A stretch of DNA of 64,000 nucleotides, taken from Phoronis australis (Eukaryota > Animalia > Phoronida). The position numbers and the translations under genes are program-made. The notes beneath the pieces are model-generated. The model made no database searches and was not told the DNA's origin. It saw only the letters and a list, made by a program, of their open reading frames with translations. Shown one piece after another: positions 40,403 through 54,356 of this stretch; within the stretch, counting starts at the first letter, position 1, and every line of letters starts with the position of its first letter. The stretch lies in NCBI GenBank assembly GCA_002633005.1, contig NMRA01000949.1, positions 26,799 through 90,798 on the forward strand, given 5' to 3'.

Positions 40403-41373
40403 AAATGTTTTGTATGGTAGCCTTGATTATAAAAGTGAAGGACTGCTTGTTAGAGTATGTTCCGATCACTGAGCACAACCGGGGGACTTCATTGTACACC
40501 GCTAACTTCAAATAATGGAAAGCCCGAAAACGGGTAGGTGTTGATATAATTACTAAAGTAGTTGTCGTCTGGGAATATTCGGAACACTTCGAATATTTTC
40601 CTAGCCTTAAATTTTCCCTCGCAGGCGAACGTTTGCTTCGCGTCTGCTAACTTCCATCATGCAACCCATTATCCAGTTTGAACGTCATCTGATGTGCTTT
40701 ATTACTGAACTCTGCACATGCGCAGATAATTTTCATTTCCATGAGGGCGAAATTGAGGCCGCGGTGGCGTTCCAGATGATATGCAGAATGACGAACGTTT
40801 TGCAGGCCTGTGCACCTTAATCTGTGAATGGGGTACTTCAAGAAACTACTCCGCGTGGTGGCGACTAAGTCGTCCGCCAGACATGAATCACTGACAAACC
40901 ATATAGGTTGTGAACGCTCTTTTAGTGTTTTGTTGCAAATTCAAACATTTACTGAATGCTTTTGCCACCAACTTTTAACTTGATTTCTTTCAACTGGGAA
41001 CTAGTAAGGCGACTTGTGCAAGAAATACCAACATATCCTGCTGCCATGCATGGCTAAAACGAAACCCAGCAAAAGACCAGGATATGCAATGTTAAACAAT
41101 CGCATACGACATTTAAACCAGGTTTTCTTTATTTAGTTTGATCACAAACCATAAAAGCAAATTTCATCTGTTCATTGATAAGCGAGAAACATTCTGGTGA
41201 ACAAGGGGACGCAATCCAATGGAACGATGGGACAATGAGTGACCGAACTCTCTTACAATACCTTGAAAAACGAGTTCGTATGATTACCCACATCAGGGCA
41301 TTGACTTTTTGCATATCATACAATTCCGTGATCACCGAGGATTTTAACATTATAGTAGTTTTACGTGACTATT

Positions 41374-41636
41374 CATGCGCGCACCCGGGGGGAGGGGGTG
41401 CTCGGAGGGCTCGAGCGAGCCCTCCCAATTTGGCGAAGTGGGCAAAAGGCCCGCCTCAGAGAAACAAAAACTCCGAAAAAAGTAGAAAACGAGACAAAAG
41501 TCCACTAAAAAGGCAGAATTACCAAAATTCGGGGAATGCACAATTCATAGCTCTGAACCTTCCCCGTGAATCTTAGTAAAAGGTCCACATTCTCAAAAAT
41601 TCGAGCTCCTCATTTTTCAGGCTAGGTGCGCGCTTG
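41374..41636 (+). mobile_element. MITE family A copy, full length with perfect 5-bp TSD
   Basis: ctatt|catgcgcgcaccc ... aggtgcgcgcttg|ctatt. Confidence 0.9.
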
Positions 41637-44543
41637 CTATTAGATAAACAAAATCATTCAACATATTCGAGCCTTGGAATGGCACAACGAAACCTTTCAA
41701 GGACGCCGAGGTATTCAAATGTTTCTAACTCGAAAAGATTCTTCGTTTTCTTTCCGGAAGGAAAGTTCGTTCAATAACGAAATTAACTGTGAACAGTGGT
41801 TACATTCAATGTGTTCGCGGGATTAATGGAAAACTTAATAGGATTTTGGAGATTGAACCATCCTCGAGCGGAGGCAGAAGAGAGACTCAGTTATCAGGGA
41901 CACCGTGCTTGGCGTTGACTAACGCTAGAAGTAGTCTTCCCGCGAGTGAAAACTAAAGAAATTAGGTGGTTTGCTTATCGTTGAAGTCTCTAGGACATAC
42001 ATCATGGTCTTACGAAATGATACCCCCGTCCACTGTTGGAAGAAGAAGGAATGTCTACAGACATACGTACAGATCAGCCAACATAGAAACAGGCGCCATG
42101 ACACCACTTTACTTTACACGTAGTTTACCTTCGACTACTACTCAGCACAGCATGTAGGTAGTAGTTAGAAAGGCATTGTATTTATTGAAAACCGACTGAA
42201 GTGATTGGTTTACTGGCTGAGGACGTAACTCATCATTCTTTCAAGTTGTTACCTTTGCATGCACAAGTGTGTGATTTGTTGAAGTGAGACTAGTTGGTTT
42301 TGGTGCATTAGATTTTGATTGCCCGAGAGATCTTCCAGGTTTTATTTAGGAAATAGCAGGATTGACAGTGAACGATGTAAAGGACAATGTATTTTATTAG
42401 ATACCAAAGTTTTCGCAGTTTTTAGACAACAATCATAACTTAACATATAATACGTGTTTTGACATTTATTGGTTTATTCAAATAAACGTATTCAAAATAG
42501 TATACTGTTGTTTTGTAATGCTGTTTTATGACCATAAAGCTCCGAGAAGCATTATAGCTTGGCGTCAACGTGCAGCTAGTATGCATAACAGTACATAAAG
42601 ATGAACATGCATATTTACATATAGTAAACATCAATAGACGGGAATTTGTTTATAGTCCAAAAGTATTCAGTGACGGAACTGCAGTTTTCGTCTAATTTCC
42701 TCACAGTACTATTTGGCAGTTTGCGGAATTCAAGAAAACAGCGGGATCCATCCGAAAAAACAACGTCCAGCCGCGCTTTTGTCAGCACTGAAGAACACAT
42801 CTAAGGATTTCCATGAGGTCAGTTTGCGCGAACTAACGTCAGCAGTGTTCTTTTCAGATGATGTCAATAGGTGTCAGCATGTGTTCTATTGGGCTCATAA
42901 AAATGCAGACAGGTCTAAGTTTTACGTGGAATGGGGAAAGTAGTCAATGGTCCTCGGGGAATATTTCTTAGTCGGTGACTTCGCTGAGAAGGCTGGGTAC
43001 ATCCTTGCTCTATTCACTATATGGGAATTTCGTATTTTTCCTGTGAAATTAACATATTTTTGACCTACTTCAAGGAGGTTCGTTCAGAAGTTGGTAGCCA
43101 TTTTGGAATTTCCGTAATGACTGTGGGACTGGAATGCAAACATCACGCGCTGCTGAAGATATGCCGCGCATGCGTGGTAATTGTTTGCGTTCATCTGTTC
43201 CCCAGCCATGCTGTTTCTTGCTGTGAAATATTCACCTTGCGATGTAATTTTTGTTTAGCACACACAAAGTAAGTTTAGAACTGTTATAATAACCAGAAAC
43301 TTCTACAGAACAAATTTCATCGGTGTTTTTTGAAATATTTTGTGGTCCAATGGACAAAAAATTGTCAATCGGAGGATCATGTGCTCGTGATTCGAAGATT
43401 CGGTAAGCCGGCCGTGGGTGCTATTGCTGCCAAGCTGACCGGCGATAAGTAAAGTTTACAATCTCCTTAAATATATCCACATTATAAAGCACCACCTAAG
43501 GTGTAATACAATACCAAATATAGACACAAATAGAAACCGAAATGTGTTTTTAACACTTGACCAATGGGAAAAGTGTGTGAAATTCTTCACTGTGACCAAA
43601 ACTTTTCGTATCTCCGCTGTTTTCCAACAGAATTGCGCAAGAGTCATGTGACAGGAAATCCCTTCATGAGTTCCTCATGACGTAAACCAGAAAAAATATC
43701 AATTAATTAATGAATAGACAATTATTTTTTAAATATCTCACTGGTCTAAAAGCCAAGATTTTAACCAAAATGCGAAAAATAACAAAGAGTTTAATTTTAA
43801 TAATGATATTCTTCGTATACTAATTGGCTGATTAATTAAGTAATTCGTCCATTAATTAACTTGTAATGTCCATGATTAGAGGTGTAATAGTAGCATAAAA
43901 AGGAAATGAACTAGACGGGTAGAAATTACAAATTTGTATAATTAAACCAACAGGAAAATAATTTCAATAATTCACCGAAAAGATTGCTAACTGATATATA
44001 AACAAATTTCAGATCACGGATCCTTCACAAGTTCTGTGATGAATTTCGTCATGGATTCATCCAAAATAATAGCCTTTACATGTGAATCGAACCTTTGGTG
44101 CCGTTTGGTAATACTAGCCTACGTTCCTCAGTAAACATTGGTACGACAAATTAACAAAAAACGATCTGTTAACTGTTCGCCACTTCGTAGATTTTTACTC
44201 CCACAATGCACAGCGCGTCTCCTACATGTAATTTGGTATGGCAAGGCAGACGTAACACATTTCCCTTAGATGGAAAATGTGACTTTTGGCCTCAATTATT
44301 TTAAGCAATTGATTGTGAGTGCATTTAGCATAAATGGGAGGGATATTAGAAACTCTGTGGTAACCACAGACAAAGTTTTTCCTTGAAGCGTATTTCAATA
44401 ATCGTGAATTTTGTGATTGTTTTCTTAAAATTTCCTCACAGGGGAAAGTGAATTACACTGTTCTAAACGTTGCGAGATGGTACTTTCGTCAGAAATTAAT
44501 CAAAAGAAAGTTTTGACGAGCTTTCGCATTCCATGCCTGTTTA

Positions 44544-44711
44544 AGATCCCGTTCCAACAAAGTGACATAAGTTCATTTTTGACTTAAAAACTTAAATCAA
44601 ACTTAAGATCTCTTTCTTTAAACGAACTTACGACAAATTTAGTTTTTGTCCTAAAATTGACCGATGTTTAAGCCCTGTCTTAGCAAAGTCAGTTTTCTTG
44701 GAACGGGCTCT
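44544..44711. mobile_element. Short MITE (~170 bp), Harbinger-like
   Basis: Left end agatcccgttccaacaaagtgac matches the reverse complement of the right end, agagcccgttccaagaaaactgac. Confidence 0.65.
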
Positions 44712-47700
44712 AGAACTTATCACAGAAGTCTACAAAACGTAGTAATGGGTGATAGTGATACATGCTTGTGTGTCACCGTAAATCAGAGACACTGGAACAC
44801 ATTCTTATTGTTGTTGTGTTCCTACAGAGAGTGCCATCAGCAGAAAAACAATGTTTGTTACAAAGAGACAATGGTATTTTGATCATGTTGCGTAGTTGTC
44901 AAAAATTTTCTAAAAATCGTGATTACTGGATTCAAAAGCGGAATATCTTGGTCTATGTAAAAACGCAAGAGTGAAATGTTCGCCGCAACGCGCAAAAAGT
45001 CCCGACAGCGTTATACGTGGAACTGTAGGTTATGGGTGCCGTAACACCCAAAAGTGCCCGACAGCGTTTTTTTTTTAGTCGAACAGGAAATTGTGGATGC
45101 CGCAAAGCCTACATGTATGAACATTCCGTTTTTCTTTGTAGTCGAAATAGGGCTATGTCACGTGGGAAATCGCTGTGATATGTCAATTTCGCCTAGTGTC
45201 AAAAAGCGAGACGTTTTGATGGTGTCAGGGATGGCGGGAAAAAGTCTTCAAGAAGTGGTATAGTCCAGAGACAGCGGGGCAGTTGGCAAGTACTCTCTCA
45301 ATAACACATAATTTGTATTCTTGTAGATGGTAGAATTTTCATTTTTTGATTGAATTTCACGAGCATTGGTAAATACTATAGATAACATTTCTGCTCAGAA
45401 CTCGAACTTTATATCTGGACAACAGATAAAAATTGCGCAAATAATTTATTATAGAAACAATATATGTATACACACACACACTCTTAGCTACGCAAATACT
45501 ACAAATACACGGGTAGTTTTTCGAAAGTCACGGAAACAAATTTGTGAATTAGTAAACTTTTCATTTATAATTGGAGAACAAACACTTAGAAACCGAATGC
45601 CACTTAACTCAGAAAAACACTCACCTTCAATATTTCAACACCCATTATGTTTCGTGAGAAACGTCTAACATGCAGTTTGATAGGTGGACGGAAATGGCTA
45701 CAAATTTTCATTCAGCATATAAATTACGTCAATGTTTACGTTACATCTTTTATCAACCAAAAGTGACAAAATGAAAGTGAAACAACGAAATTAAGCTTGA
45801 TTTGATAACTACAAATCTCAATCAAACCTCTGTCGAGAGGACAACTGGACATTCACGGTGCAAACTCTCGCGGCTAGTCCCGCAGTGACAGAATACTTTG
45901 GTCACGCGATGGAGTTGACATTCCACTCCTACAGAATATCTAATTTTCACCAACTGTTTGCGAATCGAGTTTAACACAACGAGCTAAAAACAAACCTGCG
46001 AAAAAACCCTAGACGTTAAAACATCATTCAAAACTTTGCTACAAACGAATTTGGTGCATAAATTAATTTTAAAGTACGTGTGGTGTAACTTTTCACGGAA
46101 ATCTAACTCTTTTTGTAACTGGTCGGTGGCACATACTAGTAAGCCATGCACACTGGAAGAGTTTCTGAAAATTAAGCTTCCCTTCAGCTAATAAAAGCAT
46201 CAAAGTCGCTTTGCTATAAGTACCAATCGAGCAAAGTAGGACATCTCGAGATTTTTCTTTATCTTCAATCTCCCTAAATCTGCATTGTAAGTGTCCAAAC
46301 TCACCGAAACATCACCGTTTTGATTGTGTTAACGATGAATTTTTGTGAAACTAAAACGAAGGAAAATCGTCCTGTTTACACTTCCCTGTGTCGTGATTGA
46401 TTAACATGTCGGCATTATCAATTAAAAAACGAGCTTATCCTATTTGGATAATTGGACAATTAAGATTATTGGTTAATGAATCAGTAATCAGTGACATTTC
46501 ATCTGCTTTTGAATTAGACTGATTGCAGTTTATATCTATGTCGAATAACAAATGACTCATTAAATTAATGAACCAAATTACGTTGCTATCGCATAAAAAA
46601 CTGTTACAAAATCCGGTCACCATTCTTCACATATTTTTTCTTTAATTTTTCAAAATAACCAAATCCAATACAAGGATTTCCAACACTTCAAACTATTTTA
46701 AACCTATCATAGGGTTGTTTAAGCCTTTTACTAGTCAGAGCCAAATAATAATTGGCTAACTGGTGCAGGTAGTGTACGGGAATCAGCTTTTGTTGTGTTT
46801 ACGCTAGACACGAGAAATTGGTGATGCATGCTTACGTGGAAACTAAAATATCACGTAAAAGCTGTGTTGTTATCAATGTATTTTAAGTAATCTTTGTTAT
46901 TGTCATCAATTTTTTTGTTCTTAAATCTTGCATTTCATGTTTTCATGGAACGTCCATTTTTATAGTTATTTCGCCGTGCACAAATGTGACGGTGGTAATA
47001 CCACAAAGTACATACATACATACATACAATGTCTCTTTATTGCCATACCTCAAATTTACATGTACAGATATATCAGAGATTGTGTATAGTGTAGTTGTAG
47101 TGAATCAAATTATCGGTACTATTCCCTTAATAATACACAACCTGGTTGCCATTCCTCAAACATTCCTTCCACCCCTACATATTTCTAGATCACGTAATTC
47201 CCACTCTCATACCTTTGAGAGAACATACAAACCCTTCCTTCCCATCTACTATTTTACTCTGAAATTACCTCCCACAACATGCCATCTCATCAGAAATCAT
47301 CAGAAACAACAGAGACGTTCACAGGTTACATCTTCCTAAGTAGACTGAGCCAGGTGTCACTTGGTTGATTGCTTGGCTGACTGAAGACATTGCCTTGTAC
47401 TTTCATTTACATGGCTTCCTTGATCTTTCTCTTGGTCCAACCTGTTTCACTGTCAAGTATTCGGATGTTATTCCACTGGATATTGTGTTGTTTCGACCAC
47501 ATGTGTTCTACTACTTCTGGCGAGGTATTACCCTCTCTACAACACCTCTTATGTTCAGCAATTGTCGTTTTCAGTGGTCTTAATGTTTCACCGATATATG
47601 ATTCATCACATAGGATTTCATAGATGACATTTTTCTTTTTTCCCACGTCAGTTCTTGGTTTGACTTTTGTCAGTTGCCGACCCAGTGTGTCTGAGCTGCG

Positions 47701-49614
47701 GTATACTGTTCTTATTTGAAATTCTTTACATATGTGTCCTAGGTTCTCGGTTATTTCGGGTATATATGGTAAGCACATAGTCTGCATTGGGCGTTCTTCT
47801 GTCACTTTCTCTTTTCTCTGCGATGTTAAAGCCGACTTGATGAAATTTTGCTTAGCCATTTCTTTTGAATGTCTCTGTCAGGTTGGTCATTTTTGCTTGT
47901 AGTGCTGTATCACTGCAGAGTTCTTTTGATCTTGATGCAAGACATTTGGTTATACTCTTTTTGACTCCTTTGGTGTTTTTGGAGTTGAAGTCGAGGTATC
48001 GTCCTGTGTGGGTCTTCTTATAGTAGACTGGCGTTGTTAACTGTTATTCAACACGAGTCACTAGTACGTTTAGGAATGAGAGACTGTTATTTGTCTCTTC
48101 TTCCATTGTGAATCTAATTGTAGGCGCTATGCTGTTCAGATGGTCAAGGAACTCTGATGGATTTTCAGAGTCTTGGCTGAACATTGTGAATGTGTCGTCA
48201 ACGTATCGTTTCCACACCTTCGGAGGTCTAATAGCTGAGCTGAGAGCTGTTTATTAGAACCACTCCATGTACAAGTTAGCCAAGACTGGTGATAGTGGTG
48301 AACCCATTGCCATTCCTTGTGTCTGCACGTAGAACTTGTCTTGATATTGAAAATAGGTGGTATTGACGCAGAATGTCACTAATTCCAGAATGGAGCCTAT
48401 TGAGAGGTTTTCATCCTCTGATGGTTTGTGGTCATGTTCTAATTTTGACTTGAGTAATGGGAGAGCCTCTGATGTTGGTACACTTGTGAATACATGTAGG
48501 CTTTCGACATCAAAGCTCACCATGGTGTCATTTGGTGTAGTGCTGACTGATGACAACGTTGACACGAAATGCTTCGAGTCCTTTACGTACGAGTCAGTTT
48601 TCCCAACTAGTGGGGATAAGATGTTGTTAAGGAATCTAGCTAGTTGGTGGCAGGGACAATCAATGTTGCTTATAATTGGTCTCATTGGCATATCAGGTTT
48701 GTGTATCTTAGTTTTACCATACATGTGCGGGGTTTTTGTGTTGTTTGGGTTGATTCTCTGGAATGTGTCACGTGGTAATGAACCTTCTACAGTTTTCAGT
48801 AGTGATTAGATTTTCCTTTCCACGCTCTTGGTCACTTCAAGTTTTACTTTCTTGTACTGCCCACTAGATAGTAGATCAGTCATCTTCCTGTCGTAGGCAT
48901 CCTTATTAATTACTACTGTTGCATTGCCTTTGTCAGCTTGTACGATGATGATGTTTTCATTCCGTGATAGGCTACCTACTACGGCCATCTCTTCATTCCT
49001 GTTTAAGTTGTTTCTTGGCATTTTGGCTTTGGTGATTGTTTCTCTACACTCAACACGTACAGTATGGTTTCTCTATCAGCAGCTGGTAGCTTAGTGGTGG
49101 CTGCTTCAATGCTGGCTACAACATCTATTGTTGACATTCTTTTCGGTCGGATGGCATAGTTCAGACCTTTGGACAGAAGTTGGGATTCGGCAACTGTCAG
49201 TTCTCTGCTTGATTTATTCACAACCACACCTTGCATAAGAGGTCTAATTCCCTGGGTTGTTGTTCTCATTTCAGCTTGTTGAATTTCAGGACATGATCTG
49301 TCTGTTGTAGTTGTCTCTTGATCTCGAGACTGCATTTTCCAACAGTTGATAGTCCTATACATTGAGCGTGGTTTCAAGACAGTGCTTGGTTTGCTTGATT
49401 TTAACTGTTGTGACCCTTTTCTGGCAGTGGCCGATCTAGGATATCACTATAGGGGGGGCAACATTTTGTCCGGCAGTAAGCATTTGCGCAAACCACGATT
49501 GTAGATGCGCATAGCACCGAATGGGGGGAGGTCGGGAGGGGGCTCCGCTCCCGCCCAGGAAATTTTTCTGTTTTTTCATCTAAAAATCAAGCATTTTCCT
49601 TGATTCCTGAAGTA

Positions 49615-49672
49615 NNNNNNNNNNNNNNNNNNNNNNNNNNNNNNNNNNNNNNNNNNNNNNNNNNNNNNNNNN
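49615..49672. other. Assembly gap (58 N)
   Basis: Run of N. Confidence 1.
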
Positions 49673-49713
49673 AAAAAAACACGGAGAACGTGTCATACAG
49701 GAAAACCTACAAA

Positions 49714-49778
49714 TACCAGATACTCGAACTCCCTACCTGACGGATAGAGCGTGCGTGCTTTGCCACTACACCACCACG
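49714..49778 (-). repeat. tRNA-derived fragment (SINE head or tRNA pseudogene)
   Basis: Minus strand ggtggtgtagtggcaaagc...gggagttcgagtatc has A-box-like and B-box-like motifs at tRNA spacing but no good cloverleaf. Confidence 0.5.
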
Positions 49779-50885
49779 TCTTTTAAGACTAGTAGTTAAA
49801 ACTACTAATCTTATAACAAGAGACCTACTTGTTTATGGTCCACAGCGTTTGCGCGCGAAACCTACTTCTTTTTGTAATGCTTATTACAAGTTTTATATTT
49901 TGTGCAATCGGTTCTTAACAAATTTGTTGTATTTAAAATAGTCTTCAAATGCCCAAAAGACCAAATCCGTTTTTCGTGTTGGCAATAATGACCCCGGATT
50001 GCTTTGGAAATCGTCTTAAGTTAAGGTTTGAGAAAGAGAGAATTATGAGTTTCTGAGTGATTCACTAAGGCTTCGATTAAAATTCACATCTTACCAGCAG
50101 CTTCTGTTTTTTCATCGTCACTCAGGTTCCATTTTCTTTAAAAAATGAAGTAAATTTTCTTCATTGCACAGTGAAGCAGACGACGGAAACGGAGTCGTAG
50201 TTCGCAGCGCCACTGCCGGTCGCCTGGCACATCGCGGGAGAGCTTATACTTAGAAATAGCTCCGTTACGAATGCGCCGTGTTCAGAATTTAACATTTGAA
50301 ATTGGATCTGACCCCCCCCCCCAAACACTAAAACTGCACACATTTAAATCTTGTTTCACCTGTATAATGTTAATTACCGGTTTTAATTAATAAACTCAAC
50401 ATTTCCCTACGCTCTTGCTGTTTTATTTTTGAGGCAGCCAAAGGGGGGGGGGGGCGCCCCCCCTAAATCCGCCTATGTCTGGTGTCTGTGGTAGTCAATT
50501 TGCTCCCTCATTAATGCTAGAGAGGTATGTGTATAAATACGTGTTGCCCTTTGGCTGGACTTGTTGACTTTCGGTCTGAAGTCCTTTGGATTGACATGGT
50601 TATCTCTACATCGCATTAGCAATGTTAGGCTGTCGTGTTCCCTACACAGTTGAAACTGTGCCTTCTCTAAGTCTCTGAATGCGGTTATTGCTTCGGGAAC
50701 ATACCGTTCGCATAATGACTTTCTAAAACCGCTGAGAGGTGGTGGCGTGTTACAACTATTAAAATCTCCTGTTCTGTGTACACCGACCTCTTGTTTATTT
50801 ACACTGTCACGACGTTTCGGGCGGTCTGTAACGGCCTGTTAACGTATCCAGCACCTAACCCTGTACTGCTCGCATATAACTTAAA

Positions 50886-51009
50886 GATGTTGGACCGGGT
50901 ACATGGAGGAGTAATGTTTGTAGACCGAAAAGTTCAATGTTCTTTGGACTGACAGAGTAAATACGCCCAGTAAAATTCTTCTCACCCTCTTTTCTTATTA
51001 TGAAGATGA
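50886..51009. repeat. Dispersed repeat family C, copy 1
   Basis: gatgttggaccgggtacatggaggagtaat...cagagtaaatacgcc...tgaagatga is homologous to 61419-61541. Confidence 0.85.
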
Positions 51010-51849
51010 TATTTTGAACCTAGGCAAGACGGTCACGAAAAAGCAAAATAGCGAGTGAAAATCATGTTATTCGCAAGAACAATCTACACACGAACTTAGT
51101 TCCTAGCAGGAAATAAGGGCACAGTGCTCCCCTCAATATTATAATTGTCTTTTACTTAATTTGTAGATGCCGCTTGGGGCGACTTTAGTAAATTTTAGGA
51201 AATTAATGCTTGATAGGTCTACCAGGGGACATCACCATAATGAGCACCCACAACATATTTTAGTACCATATTGCAGCGCATTTAGGCCTTTTTTCTGGTC
51301 TTTCTTACCCAGGTAATGTCCCTAAGCATGAGCCCATACAATAATTTGCACATACAGTAAGCGCATCTGTTTTGACTACCGCTGTGCCTGCTGATGAAAT
51401 TTTTCACGTTCGTCAGTGTATCTTTTGAGTTCCTTGGTGTATTTTCAAGGAATTTCATTGGTAAATAGTTGTGTATAACCTTATTCAATTGGCGCCCCCT
51501 AAGGTCCTTGGCCTATATCCAACGTAATACTTTTTATAGGCCTCTTTACCCTTAAGTGGTTCACGTATTGGCGCATGCACCTACGTTTCGCATATAAGTG
51601 CAGTTCCGCACAGACGTCCACGGGCTTAATATTGCGGCGATGCGGTAGTGATGTCGAAAATGAAATATTAGAGGAATTCAGGCTCTATACTTGTCAATTC
51701 ATAGAGAGATGCAAACATGTGGTTGGCCTTTCTGGAGACTTCTCAAATCTGTAGAGGAGCATTGGTGCCTTGTGTAGATTGTCATCACAATGCCTATACT
51801 CAAATTTCTTAATTATTCTAGTAACAGGCTGTGAAATGACAAGAATCAA

Positions 51850-52076
51850 AAGGAATCACCATTAAGACATTAGCACAGCCCAAGTAATCGCTCTGCATTA
51901 TGTCCAGTTTCTCACGCACTCCCTCACATGCATGTACATTAACTAGTGGGACCGAGCTCAGGGGAGTAGGACAGGCACCTTTGTGCAATGCTCGATTGTC
52001 AACCCAAGGTCAGGATTCGAACCAGGGTCCCGCAAACAGGAGTCCGAAGCTGAAACCCAATGGGCCACACTGTCTC
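51850..52076 (-). mobile_element. tRNA-derived SINE
   Basis: Minus strand gagacagtgtggcccattggg (A box) ... ggttcgaatcc (B box) followed by a ~150-bp non-tRNA body. The 3' boundary is approximate. Confidence 0.6.
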
Positions 52077-54139
52077 ATCCTGGTGGACTAGCACTTTTAG
52101 ATCGGCGGAGCTCATGTGCTGAATTATGTTTGTCACAGCTTCACAAGTTAACCCTACATTGCAGAGCGTCCGTGGTTATAAGTACAAAAATGGTTTAATT
52201 AGTGTAAGAGACACGATTAGTAAAGTTATCGGCAACTTCCAACAGTGGTTCTCCCTCAGAACCCGGTCCCTTTTATTCTGGAAGTATCTTCTAAAGACAT
52301 TACGACAATTTATTTAGCTATAATATGACAACATTTTTACAACTGAACAAATATTTGTATACTTCTTAGCAATTTAAAAAATCGGCATTTACCGGATATT
52401 AAGCTAAGCATATTTTTGAAACACTTCCATTACACTACCCGCACCCCATTAGACATTAAGGTTGTTCATACAGATACCGTTATGCCGTTTCGCACACAAA
52501 CGGCTATTATATCTCTGTTTAATGCAAATTCTTAATGTTTTACAAATGTCACAGACACGTCTGGTATGCAAGTAGATTTGTAAAATCGCCCAGAGTATTT
52601 TACATAGACTTGATGTTACCGCATTGTAGCCACTAGTATTGCAAATGTTTGTTCCAGAATTCGAAAAACGAAACAGATTTTTAAGATGAATTACCGTTAG
52701 CTAATTGCTCGCAGGGTTTTGGTTACGTCCATTGCGCTAATTAAAAAGCATTGTAAGGTACTGAAAATGCGCCACGTTAAAAAATATTGATACCCTAAAC
52801 ACCAACACAAAGTGAGTTATACATTTCTTGTAGCTGTGACGCCTCACTACTTTTAAGTTGATATCTTAAAAATCAAATGTCTTTCCTGTCACATAATGAA
52901 ACAAAACTACACTTTCGCTCAAAGCTGCAGTTAAAAAAGTTGTTTTCAACACCAATGAAAATATTTTGCAAGTTTGGTCATTATTGTATTTTACAGATGT
53001 TGCCGACTGATTGCGGTGATTAGCTCGTTAATCACCGAAAATCGAATCAGTCCTTTTACCCTCATACAGATAACCTCTAGACATTCCCTAACGTAATAGT
53101 ATTCACTTTCCGTTACCAACAAGAACGTCGAAACCACCAGGAACTCACTAAAACTCTTTAGACTAGTTTTATTGATATTGCCAATCCCCAAAATTGCTAC
53201 TGAATTCGCATGTACACACTTAATGTGACTTGAGTAACGAAAACTTAATTCTATCTCAGTAAGAAATGTTATGAGACCCGTTGTTTGATTGTATATGTAA
53301 AAGACCAATTTAACTTTCATTTCTTTACCTACAGACGCAGCATACAGCGTAGGGCATAAAATCTGCATTTCTACAAAAAATCGTGCGATTTAAAATGAAG
53401 ATTTTATTGATATCAAATGTTTGAAGTTGTGGATAGCCACACAGAAAAAATAAGTTGTCCCCTGACATGGTCATTGGGTGAAAAGACTGTAGCTACGGCC
53501 AACGGCCTACAAAACGTTACACGAGTCTATCGTTTGAAATTGCCCGAAAATCTCTGGTAGTAATAATCTCAATTAATTTGTTTGCGAAGAGTATCTCGTC
53601 CACTGTCCCTATGGTTTCTTTGTTAATCACACAGTTTTTCCCTTAACACATCGAAGCCTTGTTCACGTACTTGGAAACCCATATCCACACACCATTATTG
53701 TTATTGCTGATGTCTTTGTAACCGCGACACGCAACCTTATTTTTGCTCTTCTTCAATAATATATCAGCTTTTTTAAGCATTAACGCTAATGCCTGTCATC
53801 AGGGGATAACGAGTACTACCATAAATTATTTACGTGGATGTTTTTTGTCATTTTTATTGAGTGCTTTTTATATTGGGTTGACGGCGATTTGTCTTTCCTT
53901 CAGGTATAATCGGATTTAATTGTAATCAGGTATAATATCTACTTGCACAGGTGTGCTTCAGTTCTATTTCCGGTCTCAAGAACCCCCTCTGGCGTTCATA
54001 TGGATTACTAGTCAGAATGCCAATACCAAAGAGCGGAGGTCACAAAAGCCTTTGATGTACATGTGAGTGATCACGGTATAGTTATAGGGAGGATTTAACG
54101 AATGCGGTCCCCCTCTGTAAAGCAATGTGTATGTTGGTA

Positions 54140-54330
54140 GTCAAGAGCAGAACGGTAATCGTTTAACAACTAAAAGCACGTGTTGAATAAGCAAAACTAC
54201 ACATCAATTAAGTAAAATTACGCGTTGGTTGAGCAAAAGTATACGCGTTGAATAAGAGCTGAACGATGATCGTTTAAGTAGTAAAAGCACGCGCTGATGA
54301 AGCAAAACTACGCGTTGATTAAGCACATTT
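54140..54330. repeat. Degenerate ~21-bp minisatellite (aaaactacgcgttgaataagc-like) with a ~110-bp higher-order repeat
   Basis: Repeated 'acgcgttg' units, and 'aagagc.gaacg..atcgtttaa...taaaagcacg' occurs twice. Related units reappear at 56630-56720. Confidence 0.65.
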
Positions 54331-54356
54331 CACAGCACTGAAAGGTACTCGTTTAA

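Larger units (their letters stand above)
49425..50477. mobile_element. Non-autonomous DNA element inserted in the Penelope-like ORF, 5-bp TSD TCTGG
   Basis: tctgg|cagtggccgatctagg ... cctaaatccgcctatg|tctgg. Removing it restores the reading ...YHRHQKRVTTVK. It spans the assembly gap, so its length is uncertain. Confidence 0.85.
46986..50836 (-). mobile_element. Penelope-like retroelement (RT + GIY-YIG), near full length but frameshifted
   Basis: Minus-strand pieces in order: N-terminal LLMRCRDNHVNPK (50480-50760), LLSKGLNY, ADKGNATVV, YGKTKIHK-P-MRPIIS, SFDVESL, GMAMGSPLSPVLANLYM, WKRYVDDTF (~48190-48218) and VIYEILCDESYIGET (GIY-YIG). Several stops and frameshifts. The outer boundaries are inferred from the hammerhead-like termini. 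Confidence 0.93.

Noticed and set aside
54140-54330. CRISPR-like periodicity
   Set aside because: The units are adjacent and degenerate with no unique spacers, there are no cas genes, and the context is eukaryotic.
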